Shown here: positions 7,873 through 19,518 of the stretch, one piece after another
How positions within the stretch are numbered: the first letter of the stretch is position 1
Layout of the letters: the number at the start of each line of letters is the position of its first letter
Source: an uncultured Flavobacteriaceae bacterium
Lineage (GTDB): Bacteria; Bacteroidota; Bacteroidia; Flavobacteriales; Flavobacteriaceae
Length of the DNA: 64,000 nt
NCBI GenBank assembly: GCA_943787365.1
Contig: CALSMD010000006.1
Span: 11,984-75,983, forward strand
Direction: 5' to 3'
The notes under the pieces: generated by a model
Seen by the model: only the letters and a program-made list of their open reading frames with translations
What the model was told of the DNA's origin: nothing
The model's database searches: none
Position numbers and translations under genes: made by a program

Positions 7873-9804
7873 TTAATCTACATTATCATGTAAATAGGAA
7901 TTGTTAGAACGCAACTGAACCTCATCATTATCATCCAGTCCAATGGTTGTTCTGGAAGACTGTACATCTGATGAATGCTCTACATCACTCAAATTAACGC
8001 CTTGTCGTTTATAGGCAGGTTCTTTTTCGATTTCCTCAATTTTAGAGGTATTGAATTTGTAATTAAAAGCCTTCATTTTTTGACGTCTTTCATCTGCTCT
8101 TTCACGGAGCGTAATTGAAATTGGACTGTCAAAAGGGTCTGAAGTTTCTTCAGGCTCCGATGTTACTGTCCGTTCTTTGACAGTGACTTTGGTAAAGGTC
8201 ATTTCTTCATCAACCTCAACTTCTACATCTTGATTTTTGTCCTCATATTTTTGATCTGTTTGCTCTAAAACAATATGATCGTCCAACACATAACGCGTCT
8301 CCCCTGTTTCATCGGCCTCGTTTACTGGAATTAATTCGATATAATCATTCACCTCAATGTCTTTCACCTTAACATCTTTCTCTGTATCTTCAAGTGTGTA
8401 CACTTCTACGTTTTCAGATTCTGATTTTATTGAGTTACTAGAAATTGGAAGGTCAAATGTAAGCATCGTTTGATCTTCTTCAACAGCTTCAAAATCCGTT
8501 TCTTCAGATGGAATCCTAGTAACTTCATGAATGATAAATTCGTCCTCATCGTCTTCTAAATCAACTTCTTCATACACAACCTCTATATTTTTAATAGCTT
8601 CTGACGTTGGAATTAAATCCGATTCACTAGAAGCTTCGATTTCCTCTTCTTCCGTAGCATCTTCATCTAATGTATAAACCACGGTTTCCTCACTAACAGT
8701 ATCCACAATTGCTGATGGAGTTTCTAAAGGGTCTAATGGCATCAAATCATGTTGCATTGTTTGTTCGTCCTCAAGCGCATGTACTACTTTTTTAACTTCT
8801 GTATTTGTAATATCATTTTGTTGATCGACATCAAATCCTGTCGCAATAATGGTCACAGAAATAGCTTCTCCTAAACTATCATCTTCTCCAACTCCCATGA
8901 TAATATTGGCACCGTAACCAGCCTCGGCTTGAATATGATCATTAATTTCTCCTATTTCATCAATAGTTATTTCTTGAGCGCCAGAAACGATGAGCAATAA
9001 TACGTTTTTGGCACCTGTAATTTTATTATCATTTAGTAGTGGAGAATCCAAAGCACTCGTAATTGCTTGCTGAGCTCTGTTTTGCCCAGAAGAAGTCGAA
9101 GAGCCCATAATAGCAGTTCCACTATTACTCAATACTGTTTTAGCATCTCGTAAATCAATGTTTTGTAAGTAATGGTGAGTGATGACTTCAGCAATGCCAC
9201 GTGCAGCAGTAGAGAGTACTTCATCGGCTTTAGAGAACCCAGCTTTAAATCCTAAATTACCATAGACATCTCTTAACTTGTTATTGTTTATAATGACTAA
9301 TGAATCCACGGTTTTTCGAATTTTTTCAATCCCTTGATGGGCTTGAGCATTTCTTATTTTCCCTTCAAATTCAAATGGCATTGTAACAATTCCAACGGTA
9401 AGAATGTCCATTTCTTTTGCCATTTTGGCAATGATTGGTGCCGCTCCAGTACCAGTTCCACCACCCATACCTGCAGTGATAAAAACCATTTTGGTATTGG
9501 TGGTTAACATTGCACGGATATCTTCCAAACTTTCAACGGCCGATTGTTCTCCAATTTCTGGATTGGCTCCGGCTCCTAAACCTTCAGTTAGGTTGACTCC
9601 AAGTTGAATTTTGTTGGGAACACCACTGTTGTTCAATGCTTGTGAATCGGTATTACAAATCACAAAATCAACTCCTTTAATGCCTTGTTTAAACATATGG
9701 TTAATCGCATTGCTTCCGCCCCCTCCAACTCCAATGACTTTGATGACGTTGGATTGGTTTTTTGGGAGATCGAATGTAATTCCAAAATTATTATTACTGC
9801 TCAT
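7873..9804 (-). CDS. ftsZ: Cell division GTPase FtsZ with long acidic C-terminal linker
   Basis: IKVIGVGGGGSNA, tubulin signature GGGTGTG, C-terminal NSYLHDNVD. Confidence 0.98.
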   Translation of the reverse strand: MSSNNNFGITFDLPKNQSNVIKVIGVGGGGSNAINHMFKQGIKGVDFVICNTDSQALNNSGVPNKIQLGVNLTEGLGAGANPEIGEQSAVESLEDIRAMLTTNTKMVFITAGMGGGTGTGAAPIIAKMAKEMDILTVGIVTMPFEFEGKIRNAQAHQGIEKIRKTVDSLVIINNNKLRDVYGNLGFKAGFSKADEVLSTAARGIAEVITHHYLQNIDLRDAKTVLSNSGTAIMGSSTSSGQNRAQQAITSALDSPLLNDNKITGAKNVLLLIVSGAQEITIDEIGEINDHIQAEAGYGANIIMGVGEDDSLGEAISVTIIATGFDVDQQNDITNTEVKKVVHALEDEQTMQHDLMPLDPLETPSAIVDTVSEETVVYTLDEDATEEEEIEASSESDLIPTSEAIKNIEVVYEEVDLEDDEDEFIIHEVTRIPSEETDFEAVEEDQTMLTFDLPISSNSIKSESENVEVYTLEDTEKDVKVKDIEVNDYIELIPVNEADETGETRYVLDDHIVLEQTDQKYEDKNQDVEVEVDEEMTFTKVTVKERTVTSEPEETSDPFDSPISITLRERADERRQKMKAFNYKFNTSKIEEIEKEPAYKRQGVNLSDVEHSSDVQSSRTTIGLDDNDEVQLRSNNSYLHDNVD

Positions 9805-9831
9805 ATATTAAAATTTACTGGTTATCTATTA

Positions 9832-11139
9832 TTATTCTGCGTTGTCTAAAAAGTCCTTGACTCTTTCGGTTAATTTATCCAAAAAACTACGATTATCGCG
9901 TGGTGTTTCAACTGGGGGTTGAATTGTTAACTCTTCATCGTTCTCTGGTTCTTCTAAATTTTCACTGATTCGTTTTTCTTGTCGCATCAAACTGTCCATG
10001 ACAAGTCCTACCGCTGTGGCGTACATTGGACTTGTAATGTCACTATCGCTATCGCCCGCCAAATGCTCATTTGGATATCCAACTCTGGTATCCATCCCTG
10101 TAATGTATTCTACCAATTGTTTTAAGTGTTTCAACTGACTCCCACCACCTGTTAATACAATTCCAGCGATGAGTTTTTTCTTTTGTTCTTCGTGACCATA
10201 ATTTTTAATTTCCACATAAACCTGTTCAATAATTTCAACCACTCGAGCATGAATTATTTTAGATAAGTTTTTGAGGGTAATTTCTTTGGGGTCGCGCCCT
10301 CTCAAACCTGGAATCGATACGATTTCGTTTTCCTTGTTTTCGCCTGGCCATGCAGATCCAAATTTGATTTTTAATAATTCGGCTTGTTTTTCTATAATTG
10401 AACAGCCTTCTTTGATATCTTCTGTGATTACATTTCCACCAAAAGGAATGACAGCCGTATGTCTGATAATTCCGTCTTTAAAAACAGCCAAATCCGTTGT
10501 TCCACCTCCTATATCAATCAGAGCAACTCCAGCTTCTTTTTCTTCTTGACTGAGCACCGCATTGGCAGATGCCAAAGGCTCTAAAGTGATTCCATCTAAT
10601 TCTAAGCCCGCCGTTTGGACACAACGACCTATGTTTCGAATGGAGGATACCTGCCCCACCACCACATGAAAATTAGCTTCAAGGCGTTCGCCATACATAC
10701 CAATTGGTTCCTTAACTTCTGCCTGCCCATCTACTTTATAATCCTGCGGTAAGACATGAATAATTTCTTCTCCAGGAAGCATTACTAGCTTGTGAACTTG
10801 ATTTATAAGTCGATCAATATCCTCTTCGTTAATCACCGACTCAGAGTTTTCTCTTGTGATATAATCACTGTGCTGAAGACTACGAATATGTTGTCCAGCA
10901 ATGCCTACAGTGACCTCTCCAATCTTTAGGCCTGAATCCGTTTCGGATTCTAAAACCGCTTGTTGGATGGACTGAATGGTTTGTGTAATATTATTTACAA
11001 CCCCTCTATGCACCCCCAGACTTTTGGATTTTCCAATTCCAAGTATTTCTAATTTGTCATACTCATTTTTACGACCAATCATCGCCACTATTTTTGTGGT
11101 ACCAATATCTAATCCTACTGAAATGTTTTGAGCTTCCAT
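9832..11139 (-). CDS. ftsA: Cell division protein FtsA
   Basis: VGLDIGTTKI, DIGGGTTD, VLTGGGS; start moved to ATG 11139 (MEAQN) to avoid overlap with ftsQ. Confidence 0.96.
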   Translation of the reverse strand: MEAQNISVGLDIGTTKIVAMIGRKNEYDKLEILGIGKSKSLGVHRGVVNNITQTIQSIQQAVLESETDSGLKIGEVTVGIAGQHIRSLQHSDYITRENSESVINEEDIDRLINQVHKLVMLPGEEIIHVLPQDYKVDGQAEVKEPIGMYGERLEANFHVVVGQVSSIRNIGRCVQTAGLELDGITLEPLASANAVLSQEEKEAGVALIDIGGGTTDLAVFKDGIIRHTAVIPFGGNVITEDIKEGCSIIEKQAELLKIKFGSAWPGENKENEIVSIPGLRGRDPKEITLKNLSKIIHARVVEIIEQVYVEIKNYGHEEQKKKLIAGIVLTGGGSQLKHLKQLVEYITGMDTRVGYPNEHLAGDSDSDITSPMYATAVGLVMDSLMRQEKRISENLEEPENDEELTIQPPVETPRDNRSFLDKLTERVKDFLDNAE

Positions 11140-11143
11140 AAAT

Positions 11144-11863
11144 TTATTTTTTTGTGCAAACAACTTGACTCTCAAATTGTAAATTCACGCTTTTATATAC
11201 ATCTAACACTTTATCTTTTTTTGCTTTTTGATAAAACGCTTTTAAATTCTTCATTTTTTCATCTAAATTTTCAAGAGTACCCACCAATACTTCAAATTCT
11301 AAAAGCCTCATTTTTAGACTTATTTCTTTGTTTTCATTCTGATGAATTTCAGTTATATACGTTTTTAGAAACGGATCTGTATAAACTTTTAAGGCCATTC
11401 TATAAACGGCTTCCAAATCTTCTTTTTCTACAACTCCAGTAACCAATGGGACACGTGCACTGTGCTGAGGGGATAACGGCATCCATAAACCCTCTTCATC
11501 AATATAAAATGTTGTGTCAGAATATACTCTCGCAATCGGTTGTTTTTGTTCGATTTTCGTCCTAACTTCTCCGTTTACAGTAAGATACACTTGAGCAGAT
11601 TTTATCATGTCATTTGACTCAAGTAAAATCTCCATTGCTTTCAAATCTAAATTATCTTTCGGTAATTTATACAGTTGTTCTTGATTTTGTATTAACAATT
11701 TATTAACCATTTCTGTGGTAATATAAACGTTTTCATTCCCGGTAAATTGAACAGCTACTTTGGTCACAGAACGGTTGTTATTTTTGTGTGAAGAAAAAGC
11801 ATACAAAAACACTACTAATCCTAGTAACAACACGCTTTTTATGAAATTCCAGTTAATACGCAT
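11144..11863 (-). CDS. ftsQ: Cell division protein FtsQ/DivIB
   Basis: N-terminal TM, POTRA-like region, QVVCTKK end; position between murC and ftsA. Confidence 0.88.
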   Translation of the reverse strand: MRINWNFIKSVLLLGLVVFLYAFSSHKNNNRSVTKVAVQFTGNENVYITTEMVNKLLIQNQEQLYKLPKDNLDLKAMEILLESNDMIKSAQVYLTVNGEVRTKIEQKQPIARVYSDTTFYIDEEGLWMPLSPQHSARVPLVTGVVEKEDLEAVYRMALKVYTDPFLKTYITEIHQNENKEISLKMRLLEFEVLVGTLENLDEKMKNLKAFYQKAKKDKVLDVYKSVNLQFESQVVCTKK

Positions 11864-13205
11864 AGCTTAATTTTTCTTTTAATTCTGATACTTCTACCCC
11901 TATATCACCTGCTCCAAGGGTCATAAATACAGGATATCCTAGTTCTTTTATTTCACTTGCAATGTCTGATTTCGAAATTAATTTTTTAATCGGACTCTTA
12001 ATTTTCTCCAACAACCAACTTGAAGAAACCCCTTCAATAGGAAGCTCTCTTGCGGGGTAAATCTCTAATAAAAAAACAGCGTCAAACTGAGATAAACTGG
12101 CTGCAAAATCATCTGCAAAATCATTTGTTCGGCTAAATAAATGAGGCTGAAATACAACTGCTACTTTTTGGTTTGGATACATTTCTCTTACCGCTTGATG
12201 CACGGCATTTATTTCTGCAGGATGATGTGCATAATCATCTATAAACACAAAATCATCTGTTTTAATTTGATACGTAAAACGTCTTTTGACACCCTTATAC
12301 GCATTCAAAGCTGTTTTTAAATTCTCTGCCAAACACCCAAATTCTAGGGCCATCGCAAGTGCTGCAATCGCATTGGACAGATTATGTGTTCCTGGTAAAT
12401 GAAATGTTATATTTTGAATTAACCCGTGTGGAGTTTGAAGATCAAATTGATAACATCCATTTTTAATTTGGACATTAATCGCACTGTAATCTGCGGCCTC
12501 ATTTATTCCGTAGGTAATCCCATCTAAAGGCAATCCTTTTCGAATGAATAATTTACCTGATGGTTTAATCTTCTGAGCAAACTGCTTAAACGTATCCACT
12601 AAATCGGCTTCAGAATTGTAAATATCTAAATGGTCTGCATCCATGGAAGTAATACAGGCAAAGTCTGGACTAAGCGTTAAAAACGAACGGTCAAACTCAT
12701 CGGCTTCAACCACTGAAATATCCGTTCCGTTATGAATTAAATTAGATTGGTAGTTTTCTGAAATACCCCCAATAAATGCGGTGACTTTCTCATGACATGC
12801 ATACAGCAAATGCCCTAAAATACTGCTCGTTGTAGTTTTCCCATGCGTTCCCGCTACTGCCAAACAGTGGGTGTTTTCAGTGACAAGACCTAACACTTCG
12901 GAACGTTTTAATACTTGAAAACCATGAGCTCTAAAATACTGTAAAATCACATTTGATTCTGAAATTGCTGGGGTAAACACAATGAGTGTAGCGTTCGGAT
13001 TTAAAAATCGCTCGTTGATTTGATTTAGTTCTGTTTCAAATTGAACATGAATCCCAAGTTCTGCAAGAGACTCCGTTATCAAAGTGGGGGTTTTATCATA
13101 CCCTCCAACTGTTTTTCCGTCCAACGCAAAGTAACGCGCAAGCGCACTCATACCGACACCTCCGATGCCAATAAAAAATACGTTATGGATGGTTTTTAAA
13201 TTCAT
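11853..13205 (-). CDS. murC: UDP-N-acetylmuramate--L-alanine ligase
   Basis: [38 protein letters not shown]. Confidence 0.97.
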   Translation of the reverse strand: MNLKTIHNVFFIGIGGVGMSALARYFALDGKTVGGYDKTPTLITESLAELGIHVQFETELNQINERFLNPNATLIVFTPAISESNVILQYFRAHGFQVLKRSEVLGLVTENTHCLAVAGTHGKTTTSSILGHLLYACHEKVTAFIGGISENYQSNLIHNGTDISVVEADEFDRSFLTLSPDFACITSMDADHLDIYNSEADLVDTFKQFAQKIKPSGKLFIRKGLPLDGITYGINEAADYSAINVQIKNGCYQFDLQTPHGLIQNITFHLPGTHNLSNAIAALAMALEFGCLAENLKTALNAYKGVKRRFTYQIKTDDFVFIDDYAHHPAEINAVHQAVREMYPNQKVAVVFQPHLFSRTNDFADDFAASLSQFDAVFLLEIYPARELPIEGVSSSWLLEKIKSPIKKLISKSDIASEIKELGYPVFMTLGAGDIGVEVSELKEKLSYAY

Positions 13206-14296
13206 TTGTTTAACAGCTTTTCAATTTCATCGGCAATGGTTTGGGTTGCTTGTTTTAAAGCTAACTTTTTGATGTTTGTTGATAATTCTAATTGTTGAGA
13301 TTCAGATGCAATGAGTGTAGAGAACTGCGTCTCAAAACTTGATTCCAAATCTTTTTCACTTAGTATTAGGGCGGCATTTTTTTCTGAAACCGCTAATGCA
13401 TTTTTGGTTTGATGGTCTTCTGACACATTGGGTGAGGGAATGAAAATTACGGGTTTTCCAACAACACAAAGCTCGGACACAGAACTGGCACCTGCTCTTG
13501 ATATGATAATATCGGCTGCAGCATAGGCTAAATCCATTCGATTTAGAAACGTATGTACTTGCACATCCTGATAGGTGTTGAATTGATTGTAATCATCGAA
13601 ATACAACTTCCCACACTGCCATATTGTTTGAATCCCTAAACCATTGAAAAAATCCAATTCGGATTCTATAAGCTGATTCATACGACGTGCTCCCAAACTC
13701 CCCCCTAATACTAACAGTGTTTTTTTGTTAGGGTCTAACTTAAAAAACGCTTGTGCTTCAGCTAATTTCTGATCTAAATCCAATAAATCTTGTCGGACTG
13801 GGTTGCCGGTTAAAATCAATTTTTCTTTTGGGAAAAAGCGTTCCAGTCCTTCATATGCCACACATATTTTATTTACTTTTTTGGATAATAATTTATTTGT
13901 AATTCCTGGAAAGGAATTTTGCTCTTGAATCAATGTTGGCACACCTTTCATTGCAGCCACTTGTAATAGAGGTCCACTGGCAAAACCACCTGTTCCAATT
14001 ACAACATTGGGTTTAAATGTATTTACAATTGCCAAGGACTTAATCATACTTACCACTAATTTAAGAGGAAATAATACGTTTTTAAATGTCAGTCGCCTTT
14101 GAATGCCTGCAATCCATAACCCTTTAATAGGGTATCCTGCTTGTGGTACTTTTTGCATTTCCATTTTATCGTTTGCACCCACAAATAAAAACTCCGATTT
14201 TGGGAATCGTGCTTTTAATTCGTTTGCAATGGCAATCGCAGGGTATATATGACCCCCTGTTCCTCCACCTGATAATATGATTTTATACGACTTCAT
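13202..14296 (-). CDS. murG: Lipid II GlcNAc transferase
   Basis: [35 protein letters not shown]. Confidence 0.97.
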   Translation of the reverse strand: MKSYKIILSGGGTGGHIYPAIAIANELKARFPKSEFLFVGANDKMEMQKVPQAGYPIKGLWIAGIQRRLTFKNVLFPLKLVVSMIKSLAIVNTFKPNVVIGTGGFASGPLLQVAAMKGVPTLIQEQNSFPGITNKLLSKKVNKICVAYEGLERFFPKEKLILTGNPVRQDLLDLDQKLAEAQAFFKLDPNKKTLLVLGGSLGARRMNQLIESELDFFNGLGIQTIWQCGKLYFDDYNQFNTYQDVQVHTFLNRMDLAYAAADIIISRAGASSVSELCVVGKPVIFIPSPNVSEDHQTKNALAVSEKNAALILSEKDLESSFETQFSTLIASESQQLELSTNIKKLALKQATQTIADEIEKLLNK

Positions 14297-15489
14297 TAAA
14301 GTGCTTCGCTTAATATTTCTAAAGGATGTGGTTCTTCATCTTCTTGTATTTTTTCAGTAGCTCGTTTGCTACTCACACTTAACACAATTCCAAGTGCCAA
14401 GCAAGTCACCCAAATAGAGGTTCCTCCGCTACTTATGAGCGGTAATGTTTGTCCCGTTACAGGAAATAGCTGCACTGCTACTCCCATATTCACTAAGGCT
14501 TGAAACACAATTGGAATTCCAACCCCTATGCATAATAATTTTCCAAAAACAGTTTCTGACTTTTGAGCTACTATTACAATTCTAAACAACAACCACAGAT
14601 ATAGAAGTAGCAAACACATGCCACCTATGAGGCCGTACTCTTCAATTATAATAGCAAAAATAAAATCAGATGATGATTGTGGTAAAAAGTTTTTCTGAAT
14701 GCTTTTACCTGGTCCCAATCCTTGAATACCTCCGCTAGCAATGGCAATTTTGGCTTTTTCAATTTGATAATCTTCTACCGTGACATCCGGATCCATAAAG
14801 CTTGTAATACGACTTGTCCAAGTATCAACTCTATTTGGCATCAAATCTGGAAAAGCTTTCGCCGTTAACACAAAAAACATAAGTACTAAAAGACCTGAGC
14901 CTATAATAACCGATAAATATTTTAATGGATACCCTCCTAAAAATGTCAATAAAATCACCATTGAAAAAATAAGTGCTGCCGTAGAAAAATTAGCAGGAAG
15001 AATCAACCCTAACACTATAAAAACAGGAATCCACAGTGGTAAAATAGAGTCTTTAAAAGAGTGTTCTATATCTTTAATTTTTGATAAATATCGTGCTACA
15101 TACACCATTAATACCAAAGCAGCCAAGGTTGAGGGTTGAAATGTAAATCCTACTATTGGAACACGAATCCAACGGCTTGCATTCGCTCCTCCTATGGTTG
15201 AACCTTGTAGCATTGTAACAACTAATAATATTAAAATCACTGGAATCATTACTAAGGAAAGCCCTCTAAAATAACGGTACGGAATTTTATGAACTCCATA
15301 GATAATTGAAAATCCTAAAAACAAATGCACAAAGTGCTTGATAAAATAACCAAAGGTATTGCTCCCGTTTCCAATGTAGGCTAAATTACTTGCCGCACTG
15401 TAAACTGGTAAAAACGAGAATATTGCCAACAAAGCAGCAATAGCCCATATGATACGATCTCCCTTTATGTTATCAAATAGTGCCTTCAT
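14296..15489 (-). CDS. ftsW: SEDS peptidoglycan glycosyltransferase FtsW
   Basis: Multi-[33 protein letters not shown]; dcw position. Confidence 0.95.
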   Translation of the reverse strand: MKALFDNIKGDRIIWAIAALLAIFSFLPVYSAASNLAYIGNGSNTFGYFIKHFVHLFLGFSIIYGVHKIPYRYFRGLSLVMIPVILILLVVTMLQGSTIGGANASRWIRVPIVGFTFQPSTLAALVLMVYVARYLSKIKDIEHSFKDSILPLWIPVFIVLGLILPANFSTAALIFSMVILLTFLGGYPLKYLSVIIGSGLLVLMFFVLTAKAFPDLMPNRVDTWTSRITSFMDPDVTVEDYQIEKAKIAIASGGIQGLGPGKSIQKNFLPQSSSDFIFAIIIEEYGLIGGMCLLLLYLWLLFRIVIVAQKSETVFGKLLCIGVGIPIVFQALVNMGVAVQLFPVTGQTLPLISSGGTSIWVTCLALGIVLSVSSKRATEKIQEDEEPHPLEILSEAL

Positions 15490-16820
15490 TATAGTTGTCT
15501 TACAGCGGATTTAAATTGATGACCGCGGTCTTCATAATTTTCAAATAAATCAAAACTAGCACAGGCAGGAGATAACAATACTGATTCCCCAGCAGTAGCA
15601 ATTTTATAAGCGATTTGAACCGCTTCGCTCATAGACTGTGTTTCTATGATGTTTTCCACCATAGTTCCGAAGGCATCAAATAATGCTTCGTTATCTTTTC
15701 CTAAACAAATAATAGCCTTGACTTTTTCATTGACAAATGGAAACAATGCCTTGTAATCATTTCCTTTATCGACTCCTCCTACAATCCAAACCGTAGGCGT
15801 GTTCATACTCTCTAAGGCATAATAGGTCGCATTTACATTAGTGGCCTTGGAATCATTTACATACTGAACTTTATTGATTGTAAGAACCTGTTCCAAGCGA
15901 TGCTCTGCACCTTGAAATCCTTCGAGACTTTCTCTAATCGTTGCATTTCTGATTTTTAACAGGTGGGCAACAGTCGAAGCAGCCATCGCATTTTTGATGT
16001 TGTGCTTTCCTTCTAAAGCTAAGGTTGTTGTTGGCATAATGATGTCTCTATTATTAAATTCTATTATTATATTATTTTGTTCTAAATAAGTTCCGTTTGT
16101 GACTTTTCTTGTTAGCGAAAAAGGCACTAATGTCGATTGAATGTTATGGGTCTTTAAATAGGATACAATAACCTCATCATCTGAATCATATATCAAATAA
16201 TCCTTCGAGGTTTGATTCATTGCGATTCTAAACTTTGAAGCGATATAGTTTTCAAATTTATAATCATAGCGATCCAAGTGATCCGGTGTAATATTGGTAA
16301 TAATCGCAATGTGTGGTCTGAATTTTTCTATTCCATCTAACTGAAAACTACTCAGTTCCAAAACGTAGTTAGCATTGTTGTTCAGGACTTGCTTCGCAAA
16401 ACTATCGCCGATATTTCCCCCAATTGCTACATCCAATCCAGCATGACTTAATATCTGATGAACCATCAGTGTTGTCGTGGTCTTTCCATTACTTCCCGTA
16501 ATTCCAATGATGTTGGCACTTGTAAATAATGCCGCAAATTCAATTTCAGAAATCACAGAAATAGAAGCTGCATTTAATTTTTGAATCAGTGGAATGTGAT
16601 CTGGAATTCCAGGACTTTTAACCACTATATCTGCGTTTAAAATCTTGGACTCGGTATGCCCTTCATCTTCCCATTCAATCTCATTATGTCTAAGAACGTC
16701 TTTATATTTTTTCGTAATCTTTCCAGCATCAGAAAGAAATACGTTGTACTCTTTTTCTTTTCCTAACAGAGCAGCACCTACGCCACTTTCGCCTCCACCA
16801 AGAACCACCAATCGTTTCAT
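15489..16820 (-). CDS. murD: UDP-MurNAc-L-Ala--D-glutamate ligase
   Basis: GSNGKTTT, ELSSFQL, NDSKATN, LLSPACASFD. Confidence 0.97.
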   Translation of the reverse strand: MKRLVVLGGGESGVGAALLGKEKEYNVFLSDAGKITKKYKDVLRHNEIEWEDEGHTESKILNADIVVKSPGIPDHIPLIQKLNAASISVISEIEFAALFTSANIIGITGSNGKTTTTLMVHQILSHAGLDVAIGGNIGDSFAKQVLNNNANYVLELSSFQLDGIEKFRPHIAIITNITPDHLDRYDYKFENYIASKFRIAMNQTSKDYLIYDSDDEVIVSYLKTHNIQSTLVPFSLTRKVTNGTYLEQNNIIIEFNNRDIIMPTTTLALEGKHNIKNAMAASTVAHLLKIRNATIRESLEGFQGAEHRLEQVLTINKVQYVNDSKATNVNATYYALESMNTPTVWIVGGVDKGNDYKALFPFVNEKVKAIICLGKDNEALFDAFGTMVENIIETQSMSEAVQIAYKIATAGESVLLSPACASFDLFENYEDRGHQFKSAVRQL

Positions 16821-18053
16821 CTATCGAATTTTCAGAGTGACAATGGTTAAAATGGCCAACAAAATTCCCACAATCCAAAAACGGGTGACAATTTTGCTTT
16901 CGTGGTAGCCTAATTTTTGGTAATGATGATGCAAAGGGGACATCTTAAAAATGCGTCGACCTTCGCCATATTTTTTTCTGGTATATTTAAAGTAACTAAC
17001 TTGTAATACCACTGATAAATTTTCTGCTAAAAAGATTCCACACAACACAGGAATCAACCATTCTTTTCGGACGGCAATGGCAATGACTGCAATGATTCCG
17101 CCGATTGTCAAACTGCCTGTATCTCCCATAAATACTTGTGCTGGAAAGGTGTTATACCAAAGAAAACCAATCAACGCACCTACAAACGCAGCAATATATA
17201 TGGTAATTTCTTCTACCCTTGGGATGTACATAATATTTAAATAATCAGAGAAAATTATATTTCCTGATACCCAAGCAAAAATTCCTAAGGTCAATACAAT
17301 GATTGCCGAGGTTCCTGCTGCCAAACCATCAATACCATCGGTTAGGTTGGCACCATTTGAAACGGCTGTGATAATAAAAATAACAACTAAAACAAATACA
17401 ATCCATGCATGTTTTTCTAAACCTGGATGAATCCAAGTGATCAAATCGGCATAATTAAATTCGTTTGATTTCACAAAAGGGATGGTTGTTTTGGTCGATT
17501 TTGTTTCTGGGTAAAACTGAATTGTCGACTGTTGACTCGCTGCAGTTTCAACCTGCATATTGGCTGGAATTTTTTCTTTAATTGTTACATCGTCATGAAA
17601 ATATAGAGTTGTTCCGACAATGATTCCCAATCCAATTTGACCTAATACTTTAAATCGACCTTTAAGGCCTTCTTTATCATTTTTGAATTTTTTAATATAG
17701 TCGTCTATAAATCCTATCACCCCCATCCATAAGGTAGTAATGAGAAGTAAAATGATATAAATATTATCTAACTTGGCTAATAATACAACAGGAATTAGAG
17801 TGGATAAAATAATAATCAACCCTCCCATGGTTGGTGTGCCCGCCTTTTCTTTTTGACCTTCTAATCCTAAATCACGAATAGTTTCTCCAACTTGTTGTTT
17901 TTGAAGAAAACGAATAATGCGTTTCCCAAAAATGGTTGAAATCATTAATGATAAAATAATTGCAACTGCTGCCCTAAAGGTTATAAACCCAAAAAGAGAG
18001 GCTCCTGGAAATTGGTGCGATTCTTCTAAATATTTGAATAAATAGTACAGCAT
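16821..18053 (-). CDS. mraY: Phospho-MurNAc-pentapeptide transferase
   Basis: [32 protein letters not shown]. Confidence 0.97.
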   Translation of the reverse strand: MLYYLFKYLEESHQFPGASLFGFITFRAAVAIILSLMISTIFGKRIIRFLQKQQVGETIRDLGLEGQKEKAGTPTMGGLIIILSTLIPVVLLAKLDNIYIILLLITTLWMGVIGFIDDYIKKFKNDKEGLKGRFKVLGQIGLGIIVGTTLYFHDDVTIKEKIPANMQVETAASQQSTIQFYPETKSTKTTIPFVKSNEFNYADLITWIHPGLEKHAWIVFVLVVIFIITAVSNGANLTDGIDGLAAGTSAIIVLTLGIFAWVSGNIIFSDYLNIMYIPRVEEITIYIAAFVGALIGFLWYNTFPAQVFMGDTGSLTIGGIIAVIAIAVRKEWLIPVLCGIFLAENLSVVLQVSYFKYTRKKYGEGRRIFKMSPLHHHYQKLGYHESKIVTRFWIVGILLAILTIVTLKIR

Positions 18054-18054
18054 A

Positions 18055-19518
18055 TTATTTGTTTAATTGTATTAGAAATTCTTCCGTTATTTTATAGTCA
18101 TTAAAATCACTTCTAACCCCATTGACCTCTTGATAGGTTTCATGCCCTTTCCCAGCAACAAGAATGATGTCATTAGACTGAGCTAACTGACAAGCGGTTT
18201 TAATTGCTTGCTTACGATTTGTAATTGACATGGTTTTTTTAGAGTTCTGTGCTTCGACACCAACTTCCATTTCAGAAATAATTTTATCTGGGTCTTCTGA
18301 CCTTGGATTGTCACTTGTGAAAATAACTTTAGTACTCAATGCAGACGCAATATGTGCCATTTTTGGACGCTTAGAACGATCTCGGTCACCACCACATCCA
18401 ACCACTGTAATCAGTGTTTCATTTTTGGATCGAATTGTATTTATTGTTTCCAATACATTTTTAAGAGCATCTGGGGTGTGAGCGTAATCGATAATAGCTG
18501 TAATATTAGCGTCTGATTTAAAGTACTCAAACCTTCCATTAACATTGTCAAGAGCACTCATTATACGCAAGATCTCATCTGATTTTAATCCCAAAAGTTC
18601 GGCAGTACCATAAATCGCAGTTAAGTTATACGCATTAAAATCACCTATTAATTTTACCCATACTTCGCTGTCATTTATCTTTAACAATAGTCCACTAAAT
18701 TGATTTTCCAAAATCTGAACACGGTAATTTGCATAACTTTTTAAAGCATAGGTCGATTGCTTGGCTTTGGTATTTTGAAGCATAACCAACCCGTTTTTAT
18801 CATCGGCGTTTACAAGAGCAAATGCGGTTGCCGGCAATTGATCGAAAAATGATTTTTTTACATCTCTATAATCTGCAAATGAAGCGTGATAATCCAAATG
18901 ATCATGAGAAAGGTTAGTAAAGACACCCCCCTCGAAATGCAATCCTTCTGTTCTATATTGATGAATTCCATGGGAACTGACTTCCATAAAACAAAACTCA
19001 ACTCCTTGAGAGTTCATTTGACTTAAATACGAATTGATCACTACAGGATCAGGAGTGGTATGTGTAGCAGAAAATGTTTCGCTATCCACCATGATTTTTA
19101 CGGTAGAAATAAGCCCTACTTTATAACCTGCTTGTTTAAATAATTCATAAAGAAGTGTTGCAACAGTGGTTTTACCATTGGTTCCAGTAATTCCAATTAG
19201 TTTTAAATTTTTAGAAGGGTTAGTATAGTAGTTAGATGCCATAAGTGCCAAGGCTCTTGCTGCACTCTTAACTTTTATATAGGTAATCTCAGCAACTAAT
19301 TCTTCGGGTAAGTTTTCACAAACAATGACTACTGCTCCCTGATCAATTGCTTTAGAAATAAATGTATGACCATCAAAAACACCTCCATTAATCGCCACAA
19401 AAAGACTGTTCTGCTCAACACTTCGAGAATCGTATTGTATGCTAGAAATCGATCGATTATCAGATCCAATGATTTTCTCAACGGGAATTTTCTGTAAAAT
19501 GTTTTTTAGATTCTTCAT
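18055..19518 (-). CDS. murE: UDP-MurNAc-dipeptide--meso-DAP ligase
   Basis: [25 protein letters not shown]-specific DNPR motif. Confidence 0.97.
   Translation of the reverse strand: MKNLKNILQKIPVEKIIGSDNRSISSIQYDSRSVEQNSLFVAINGGVFDGHTFISKAIDQGAVVIVCENLPEELVAEITYIKVKSAARALALMASNYYTNPSKNLKLIGITGTNGKTTVATLLYELFKQAGYKVGLISTVKIMVDSETFSATHTTPDPVVINSYLSQMNSQGVEFCFMEVSSHGIHQYRTEGLHFEGGVFTNLSHDHLDYHASFADYRDVKKSFFDQLPATAFALVNADDKNGLVMLQNTKAKQSTYALKSYANYRVQILENQFSGLLLKINDSEVWVKLIGDFNAYNLTAIYGTAELLGLKSDEILRIMSALDNVNGRFEYFKSDANITAIIDYAHTPDALKNVLETINTIRSKNETLITVVGCGGDRDRSKRPKMAHIASALSTKVIFTSDNPRSEDPDKIISEMEVGVEAQNSKKTMSITNRKQAIKTACQLAQSNDIILVAGKGHETYQEVNGVRSDFNDYKITEEFLIQLNK

Noticed and set aside
11140-11175. 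Longer track starts for ftsA, the hydrolase (23510), the permease (26657) and the ATPase (27373)
   Set aside because: These upstream starts overlap neighbouring genes or promoter regions; the downstream ATGs fit better.
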